64,000 nt of DNA, taken from the NCBI GenBank assembly GCA_951406725.2, contig OX597821.1, positions 30,752,001-30,816,000 of the forward strand, written 5' to 3'. Made by a program: the position numbers and the translations under genes. The stretch is from Octopus vulgaris. Its lineage: Eukaryota. Shown piece after piece: positions 54,513-64,000 of this stretch. The notes below the pieces were generated by a model. It worked only from the letters and a program-made list of their open reading frames with translations, did no database searches and had not been told where the DNA came from. Position 1 is the stretch's first letter. Every line of letters begins with the position of its first letter.

Positions 54513-54947
54513 GGATCTTTTCGGTTTGAACGGCAGTTTTTTCTAGCGGTGTCATATAAAATTGTCACCCATAATTATGACCCTAGTATCAATCTATTGC
54601 ATTTCAATCTGTTTTAGGGTTAGGGTTAGTTATGGTTAAGGTTAGGGTTAGGGTTGGGCGAGGGGTATCTTTTTTCTTCACAAATGTAAATAAACCCAAT
54701 CTGTTTCTTAAACGAGGGACATATTCATACGGCACAGAATGTTTTTTACCTCAATGGACGTCAGTGATTGGTTGAAATTGCAGAAATTGAAGAAAAAACA
54801 ACAAATATCTTACAAACTATAGAATTTTCTCAATAAAGCCAAGAGAAAAAGATGTTTTATAAACACATTCTACCAGTATACGAAGTTTAAATTTTTTTAG
54901 TTACCTAGAAATTATGTTAAAAACTGCCGTTCAAACCGAAAAGTTCC
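54513..54947 (+). mobile_element. Merlin-like MITE copy 6, flanked by a 182-bp direct duplication
   Basis: TIRs; 54331-54512 repeated at 54948-55129. Confidence 0.9.
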
Positions 54948-55523
54948 TAAGACTGTTAAATATAATCTTACTCTCAAGATAGGCTAATCGTATAATCGTG
55001 CAAAAATATGTTCTGGAAGTCAAAATATTTATATTATCATACTCAGTTGATTTTGCTCCCTGACTATGTATGTGTATGTTCACGCATATATGTATAAATA
55101 TATGGGTACATGTATTTAATATAAATATACATATATCCATAGACGGCTCTGCATAATTATTCGTATAAAGACTTTGATATGCATGTTTATGTGAACATGT
55201 TTATGTAGGTGTTCGGGTGGGTGTTTCTGGATGTTTGTGTATAAGTGGGGGTGCGGTTATGTATAAGAGTTTAAGTTGAACTTTGAAACCACTGAAGCGT
55301 AAAATTTCCAGTTCGTTACCTCCACTTGTCATCAACCCTTTCAGTAGATTTATTTCTACTAACTGCCTCCCTGCAGCCTAGAGATTCCAGTGTCTCAAAA
55401 ACTTGTTATATTTTTTCTTTATAAATCATTTACTTCTCCATCGCATTGTGGGAGTATTTTCTAGCTAAGTTCGGATACTGTTACTGTTTATTTACATTAT
55501 TTTTATTTTATTTTATTCTTTAT

Positions 55524-55831
55524 GATACTACTTGAGAACAGTGGTCCTGGTGCGTGCACTCGCGTACTCGCGCATCCGCGCTAGCTAGTCATGACTAGTC
55601 GATCCTTACTTTGTGTTTTTGTGAGTTGAACTTTATTCAAAAAATTATTTACTTTGTGTTTTTATGTTTTAGTTACTTTGTTTAACAAAAATTATTTAAT
55701 TTGTGTAAAAAAATTATTTATTTTGTGTTTTATTTACTTTACTAGGTAGTCGTTGTAGAATCGACTAGTCACGACTAGCTGACGCGGATGCGCCACTACA
55801 CGCACCGGGACCACTGTTGTCAAGTAGTACC
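55524..55831. mobile_element. Second Merlin-like MITE family with long GC-rich TIRs
   Basis: G(G/A)TACTACTTGA.AACAGTGGTCC.GGTGCGT TIR of ~75 bp; TSD attctttat/gttctttat. Confidence 0.8.
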
Positions 55832-56304
55832 GTTCTTTATTTTATTTTTACAATTTTTAATATTCGTGACATGCTACTGCATAATGGGCTTTTCTAAAAT
55901 TTAAATATTTACTCTGTATATGAAAATAACTTTCTCTATTATGTCAATAATGTAAACTGAATCGACCCAGCATCATTTGACAATGTTAAATATTTAGTTC
56001 CCATAAAATGTTCTAAAGAAAAATTCTCCTTTTTATCTTACTATACAACTTTATGTATACGTCTGCATATATTCTCATACGTGGGTAGCACGCAGCAAGA
56101 ATTGTTTATTAATAATATGCAACGTATTGCTGACTTTGATGATGTAAAATATGAACAACAAAACACCAGTAAATATATGCAATACATATTTTTTATTTCT
56201 CAAGTTTATCAAAATTTTATTATTTATATAGAAGCTTTTATATAGCCATGTGCTGGTATTTTATATTTCATGATATTCAATATTCTGAAAAAATGATAAG
56301 AAAA

Positions 56305-56458
56305 TGTGGTTGCGTGCTAAGTAGATGGCTTCTCAACCACATGGTTCCGGGTTCAGTCCCACTGCGTGGCAACTTGAGCAAGTGTCTTCTACTATAGCCT
56401 CGGACCAACCAAAGCCTTGTGAGTGGATTCGGTAGATGGAAACTGAAAGACGCCCGTC

Positions 56459-56522
<64 letters not shown>

Positions 56523-56710
56523 TTGTTCCCCCAACATCGTTTGACAACCGATGCTGGTGTGTTTATGTCCCCGTAACTTAGCGGTTCGGCAAAAGCGACC
56601 GATAGAATAAGTACTAGGCTTACAAAGAATAAGTCATGGGGTCGATTTGCTCGACTAAAGGTGGTGCTCCAGCTTGGCCGCACTCAAATGACTGAAACAA
56701 GTAAAAGAGT
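56305..56710 (+). mobile_element. CORE-type tRNA-SINE
   Basis: Family match. Confidence 0.9.
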
Positions 56711-56739
56711 AATAACGGGAACGGTTTAGTTTACATTAG

Positions 56740-57330
56740 CAATCTTGGCGCACAACGTACAAAAATTATGACATACACTATAGTCTGCTTCTTTACAGGC
56801 AATAGCAGATCAAATGTAACACTGTGGCCGAAAGCAAATGTTATAGAAATACAATAGTTTTGTTATTAGGGGTTCATGGGTCTCGTACGCAGAGTTAGGT
56901 CCGACTGAGCAAATTGCCGCCTTGTAGGAATATCCTTTACCTGTGATCTTCAGTTCAGAGTAAGTTAGAGAGTAACTTATTACCATTATTGGGTTCAGTT
57001 TTGAATTTGGCGATGTCATCATTGTTATTATTGTGATTTGTGTCGGTTTAACAGGTGCAAACACTCTATGTTCACGCTTGTCTATATACGTATGACTAGT
57101 AGGCCTAGTAGGTTTAGATCTACTGACAATCTTACAGAGGACCACTGAGTCGAAGATATGTATTGCTTGCGAAGATTGCCAGTTTGCAGATATTCGAGAG
57201 TTTAAAAGGAAGCAGTAAAATTTGCTAAACCCCCGAAGCCGATATTAATCTAAGTATCGAACAGAACTAGTACTGAAATGCAGAGGGAACAGACAGCCAT
57301 GTCGAAGCAGCATCACTTCCGATTTCATAT
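56740..57330 (-). pseudogene. Possible decayed L1/Tx1 ORF1 (gag-like)
   Basis: Higher-GC unique stretch; ITGK...C....H...PQCY.C remnants resembling zinc knuckles. Confidence 0.35.
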
Positions 57331-58563
57331 AATGCTGTCTTCTTGTATAGTTTATCAGTATGAAGATGTTCAAGTGCTATCTAGTTGTATGTTTTCAATA
57401 AATCTAACAAAATTATTTCCAGTTACCTGAAGTGCGATATATGTGTTGTTTTTTTTTTATATCATGTATTCTGGAAAATAAGAGAATAGAATTGTGTGAG
57501 ATTACAAGGTAGAGATGCGAGTCCTCAAAATGTTAAATAAAGAGTATTTATATCTACCTATTAAGCACTGGTTTAGAGATTGTGACTAGAGGAGATGCAG
57601 TGGCCTGTTAAAGTGGTAAATATAAAATCTAGAAAAGAAAGAAGTTGAATTTAAAAAAGATGGAGAAGAAGTAGTGGAGAAGAGGAGGAAGAAAAATAAA
57701 CAAGACTCATTTTACAGATCACAAACAATAGACTCAATGCTCTTCTTAGCATATAACCAAATGCTTAAAGTTGCATATCAAATAGGCGCAAGAAATGAAA
57801 CATATATGTAGGTTTTTTCACATTTCTTGAACTTAACAAGTTATAATTTATTTGTAATGTTATATATTTAAAATATTTCAACGTCTTCATATCATACAAA
57901 TAAATAATTCATACGTCCATTTTTCCCCATTTTCTTTCTTTCACTATTAATAATATGTATTACTACACTAATGGCAGAATTTCGCATTATATGATAGTGA
58001 TTAACCAGTGGACCTTTACAGAAAAAAACGGCTCTGAGCACGTTTACATGTATTTTTTTATAGTCATTGAATGAGATATAGTGGCATGTGGACGCGTCGA
58101 GCGGTCCGCACTTAGAAGTGTGGATAGGTTTTTTTTCGTTCGGTTCTTATGTCATTCTATGTAGAGGTATTGGTTTCCTGGTATGTTTCCACGTTTGTCG
58201 CGGTGAGTGTTCCCTTTAATTTGCTAACATTCCACTGAAAGACACCTGAGTTATTACTAGTACTCAGTCGGTTACGACGGACGAGTGTTCTAGTTGATCC
58301 GATCAACGGAGCACCTTGCTCACGAGATTAAGGTGCAAGTGACTGAGCAGTCCACAAACACGTGTACCCTTAACACATAGTTCTCAGGGAGATTCAGCAT
58401 GACACAGAGTGTGACATGGATAGCTCTTTGAAATAAAGGTGCTAGAGATTAATAAACAAAACCTCAGCCTGCTAACAATTCGTTTGAATCGCCTATTTCC
58501 CTGTAAGAACATAGCGGTAAGCTAAGTTCCACAGCATTAAAACAAAGTTGTATATATACTTAC

Positions 58564-58674
58564 CAAGAGATGCTTACAATCTAAAACCTGTCTTGGAATG
58601 TCTCCGATTTGCCATTCTTCTACTTGTGGGGAGTTGAACCCAGGAAACTTTGAGTCATGTCGAGCTGAGTTAAA
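58564..58674 (-). CDS. Candidate internal coding exon (FNSARHDSKFPGFNSPQVEEWQIGDIPRQVLDCKHLL)
   Basis: Consensus donor TTG|GTAAGT at phase 0; AG acceptors giving starts at 58674 or 58664; open frame of normal amino-acid composition. Confidence 0.4.
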
Positions 58675-58778
58675 CTTTTGATAACACACACACATACACA
58701 CACACACACACATACACATACACACATACATTCACACGCATATCCATATACACATATACACATATATAAATAAATATA

Positions 58779-58828
<50 letters not shown>

Positions 58829-58860
58829 TACATATATATATATATACATACATATATAAG

Positions 58861-59445
<585 letters not shown>

Positions 59446-59947
59446 TCACAGATACCGAGAGAAACAGAGGAGAAAGGGAGAGGTAGGAATTTTTTTTTCT
59501 GTTTTCAAAACCTATAATCTTCTTACAATTTTTTTTCGTTATTTATTGTATATGAATGCCATTTTTATTAGTTGGTTTCTAAATATCATTGTTGTTGTGG
59601 TGATATCCTTTTGATCGTTAACGTACTTCCGCTTTCAGTTGTGTATGTATTTCTTTCGTCTCTTTACATTGATTTGGCTATTATATCTTAAGTCGCAACG
59701 ATTTCTTACATTTTTCATTCTTAAAATCGGTAAAGGTTGACTGATTCACTGACCTGCTGGCCTTTTCCATTCTGTATTGTTCGATTTTTTCTATTTCTGT
59801 TGGCGTTTCTATAGAGGCCTCTAAGTTACCTATTATGACTCATTTTGTCTTTCTTTAGCATCCGAATATTATCTGTAATATTTTCGTCGTTCTGTATTCG
59901 ATTTATGGCTCGGGTATTTCATAATTGCCTATACATGTAGATGTGTA

Positions 59948-60033
<86 letters not shown>

Positions 60034-60155
60034 CATATACATATATGTATGTATGCATCAATCTATTTATCCTTCTATTTATACATACATTTGTGTGTGT
60101 ATGAATGTGTGTGTATGTGTGTGTGTTTGTGTGTGTGTGCGTGTGTGTGCGTGTA

Positions 60156-60214
<59 letters not shown>

Positions 60215-60259
60215 ATTTATATGAAAAAATAATAGGGATGGGCTGAAAATGCACATGAA

Positions 60260-60700
60260 TTTTATATATTTATTTCAATAAATCAAGTTTCCGTTTTTAA
60301 CAATTAACTATATATGTGAAAACAAAGGTACAAATTTAGATTTAGGTTTTTACATTGAAAATTATTTCATGTAAAATTTTAGCAGTAAAAATTTCTGATT
60401 GTTTGAATTACAAAGAAAAATTGTTTGCATTTTGAAAATAGTACCCTCTTTGAAGTGGGATTCGGGATCTCCTGGTAGGAAGCTATATATTTCACAGGGG
60501 CTGGATGCATTTTCTGAGTTTAGGATCGTTATCTAGTGTATATATTTATCAATATTTATTTCGGTTTTTTTTCCGATTGTATTTTGTCTCATAGCTAGGG
60601 ATTTTTCGTGTAATTGTTCTAAAATAGGTTGAAAGATTTTACAGTTGTGGGTGGAAATTTTTAGCTTCTGAGTTTTAATTGTTAACATATATGTATTAAC
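60260..60700 (-). pseudogene. Decayed PLE linker/GIY-YIG fragment
   Basis: Minus frame SHFKEGTIFKMQTIFLCNSNN resembles FHFKQGQNFKIKTEFACAAEN at ~33790. Confidence 0.45.
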
Positions 60701-60730
60701 ACTTTTGCCCTTGTTGTTAGAATCTATTGA

Positions 60731-61045
60731 AGATGCATGGCTTAGTGGTTACGGTATTTCGATCACGATTGTAAGATAGAGAGTTCAGTTCTTAGCGGCG
60801 GGTTATGTCTTTGCGCAAGACAATTTATTTCCAGTTGCGCCACTTCACCCAGGTAGTAAAGCTGTGTAGTACATGTATTTCAGAGCAACAACCTTGTCCC
60901 GTTGTGGGTCATGCCTGAATCTCCATAAACAACGGTAAGGGTAAACGTTTCTGTGGCGTGTTCGGTCACTTGCATGTTAGTCTTACGTGCAGAGTGTTCC
61001 GCTGATCGGATCATCTGGAACACTCGTCATATAACCAGCAGAGTG
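60731..61045 (+). mobile_element. Diverged tRNA-SINE (V/MESC-like head, tail shared with 53800 and 58270)
   Basis: gcatggcttagtggtta head; gatcggatca.ctggaacactcgtc tail. Confidence 0.7.
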
Positions 61046-61131
61046 CCAGGTAGAAGCTCTCACATGTAGATTTTATTGGTTTTCTCAATTCCATTATTAA
61101 TCAGCTATATATACGCTTACGCTTTACTCAA

Positions 61132-61584
61132 TTTTACTTGTTTCAGTCATTTGACTGTGGCCATACTGGGGCACCGCGTTTTTAGTCGAGCAAATCGATC
61201 CCAGGATTTATTCTTTGTAAGCCTAGTACTTATTCTATCGGTTTCTTTTGCTGAACCGCTAGATTACGGGGACGTAAACACACCAGCATCGGTTGTCAAG
61301 AGATGTTGGAGGTACAAACACAGACACACAAACATACACATACATATACACACATACGCATACATACATACATACATATATATATATATATCTGTGTGTG
61401 TGTATACACATACATATATACGATGAGCTACTTTCAGTTTCCGTCTACCAAATCCACTCACAAATCTTTGGTCGGCCCGTGGCTATAGTAGAGCACACTT
61501 GCCCAAGTTGTCACGCAATAGGACTGAACCCGGAACAATGTGGTTCGTAAGCAAGCTACTTACCATACAGCTACTCCCACGCGT
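61132..61584 (-). mobile_element. CORE-type tRNA-SINE
   Basis: Reverse-complement family match. Confidence 0.9.
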
Positions 61585-61789
61585 ATAACAGTATTTTCAA
61601 CACAAATATTATTTCAAATATCCGCTACATCCCTGATGTTTTGTTTTAGGATTTGACACATTTCTGCGAATACTTTTCATAAGCTGAATGCAACGTGACT
61701 CTGAATGATAGGGTTTTTCTCTCTTTACAGCGGTTTTCGAACGGATATTTTTTTAGTTTTACTATTCTTTTTTTCAATAGGGAGCGTAT

Positions 61790-62227
61790 GGATCTTTTCG
61801 GTTTGAACGGCAGTTTTTTCTAGCGGTATCATATGAAATTGTCACTCATAATTATGACCCTAGAATCGATCTATTGCATTTCAATCTCTTTTAGGATTAG
61901 GGTTAGTTAGGTTTAGGGTTAGGGATGGGGGAAGAGTATATTTTTTTCTTCACAAATGTAAATAAGCCCAATCTGTTTCTTAAACGGGGGACATATTCTT
62001 ACGGTACAGAATGCTTTTTAACTCAATAGACGTATTTGATTGGTTGAAATTGCAGAAATTGAAGAACAAAAAAAAACCAGCAGATATCTTACAACCTTTA
62101 GAATTTTCTCAATAAAGCCAAGAGAAAATGATGTTTTATAAACACATTCTACCAGTATACGAAGTTTAAAAGTGTTTCGTTACGTGGAAATTAATTTTAA
62201 AAACTGCCGTTGAAACCGAAAGCATCC
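61790..62227 (+). mobile_element. Merlin-like MITE with (TTAGGG)n, copy 7 (no clear TSD)
   Basis: TIRs and body match the family. Confidence 0.85.
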
Positions 62228-62983
62228 CGCAAGAACACGTATAGATATATTAAAACATATATGCATACACACTCACACGCATAACAACAAAAGTGAAAGG
62301 AGAGGAAAGGAAAATTAAGTACATCAAGAAAGAACGAATGCAATAGCTTAGTGTGGTCATTTTGTATGATATGGTTCTATAAAGCCCTGACTTACTGTTT
62401 CGAAGAAAGAGGCACTAAAAGGAGGCATTAAATATGAACTTTACTGAACTTTTTTGACCTTTCTGCTTTCTCCTATTGTCGTTTTTTCTTAATCTGTTTT
62501 CTCTCAATCCGTACGTTGTTACTTTGCATCTCTCTCTTTCTCTCTACCTTTCTTTTTCCTTTTCGTCTCCTCTTCTCCCTTTCTCTCCGTTACGTCTTTC
62601 TTTCTTCTTCTTCCTTTTCTAATTTTTTTTTCTCCTCTTGCCCCTTGCACTTTTTTTCTCTTCACGCCTTCTGAATTTCTTTTTGGATCTTTTCAATCTG
62701 ACCGACATGTTTAATTTTTTTATTAATTTTTTTTTAAAACTTCACACTTTGAAACTTCGGATACTGGTAGAATGTGTCACATAGAACATACAAACATGCG
62801 TGCACATGTATACATGTGTACATACATTGATCTGTACAAATATATATCCATGCATATCTTTTTGCATATATGCACATACTATACAACGCTAATATGTATA
62901 GGCTTATCTTATTCTTGTTCACTACACAAGAGCAAATGTCTCTCAGACACATACACACACACATACACACACAGACATTCATA

Positions 62984-63033
<50 letters not shown>

Positions 63034-63158
63034 ATATAAATGCATGTATATATATATAAATATATATGAAGTTTTATCTTGTGTGACAACAACGTTCAAG
63101 ATATACAACGGACTGGAAATAGTAGTGCTTTAATGAGCTGTATATACTTTTTATATCC

Positions 63159-63260
63159 GAGGGAGGCAATGTGAGCAACAACTAAAGGAACATTTAAAAA
63201 TCCACAGAATCTGTGGATTTTGCAATGTTCCTTTAGTTGTTGCTCGCATTGCTTCCCCTC
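63159..63260. repeat. ~100-bp near-perfect hairpin
   Basis: ggcaatgtgagcaacaactaaaggaacatt..aaaatccacaga/tctgtggatttt..aatgttcctttagttgttgctcgcattgc. Confidence 0.9.
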
Positions 63261-63296
63261 AGATGAAAAAAAAAATATATATATAAGCATATATGC

Positions 63297-63344
<48 letters not shown>

Positions 63345-63798
63345 CATATGCATATACATACATGAGCACATGTCAATGGAACATGTAAACTGATCAGAAC
63401 GTTTTATTATTACATTATTTATATTTTACTATGATTTTATTTTACAGCTGAGGGAATTCTGTCAGATTGTATTGTCTCTATTAATGTCCACAAAGTTTTA
63501 CAATGAAACACGTGATAGGAATACCCATACTGCAATAGAGCAATATCCTTGGCATAATACACACACACACGCAAAGACACACGCACAAACACAGGTACAC
63601 ACACACACATATACAGTAATGCCTCGATATACTAATGTGTCCGGCTGTTTTATGTTTCTGCAGGTTATCTTCACAATTAAGTTTTCGTTATGTGCGCATA
63701 TATGTAAAACACCAAGGTTGCTGCTGATGCTACTGCAACTACAACTATTAATGTTACTGCTATTGCTAATACTGCTGCTGTAGCTGTCACTGCCACTT

Positions 63799-64000
63799 AG
63801 GCGGCGAGCTGGCAGAAACTTTAGCACACCGGGCGAAATGCGTAGCCGTATTTCGTCTGTCGTTACGTTCTGAGTTCAAATTCCGCCGAGGTCTACTTTG
63901 CCTTTCATCCTTTCGGGGTCGATAAATAAAGTACCAGTTTCGCACTGGGGTCGATGTATTCGACTTAATCCCTTTGTCTGTCCTTGTTTGTCTCCTCTGT
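63799..64000 (+). mobile_element. MetaSINE-type SINE running off the window end
   Basis: Near-consensus family match. Confidence 0.9.

Overview
AT-rich, repeat-saturated eukaryotic genomic DNA. The SINE families and the microsatellite load suggest a cephalopod (Octopus-like), which is an inference. No intact protein-coding gene is visible, and almost all ORF-track entries are translations of microsatellites. The window holds: (i) about 10 copies of a CORE-type tRNA-SINE with an internal (TA)n/(TG)n tract; (ii) many MetaSINE-type copies, some in tandem; (iii) other tRNA-SINEs; (iv) eight copies of a ~420-440 bp GG...CC MITE family (one a variant), mostly with 8-bp TSDs (Merlin-like), carrying (TTAGGG)n; (v) decayed mariner, Tc1, gypsy-gag, CR1-like, Tx1-like and several Penelope-like (PLE) retroelement remnants; (vi) two candidate minus-strand exons about 31 kb apart. 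The most interesting signal is a set of seven type-I hammerhead ribozyme motifs in non-autonomous PLE-like units. Four of them belong to a family built as tRNA/Pol III head + (AAT)n + hammerhead + PLE-like tail. It is inserted twice as a divergent inverted pair with a 12-16 bp TSD and a ~30-nt one-sided tail, which suggests a ribozyme-bearing SINE mobilised by Penelope machinery.
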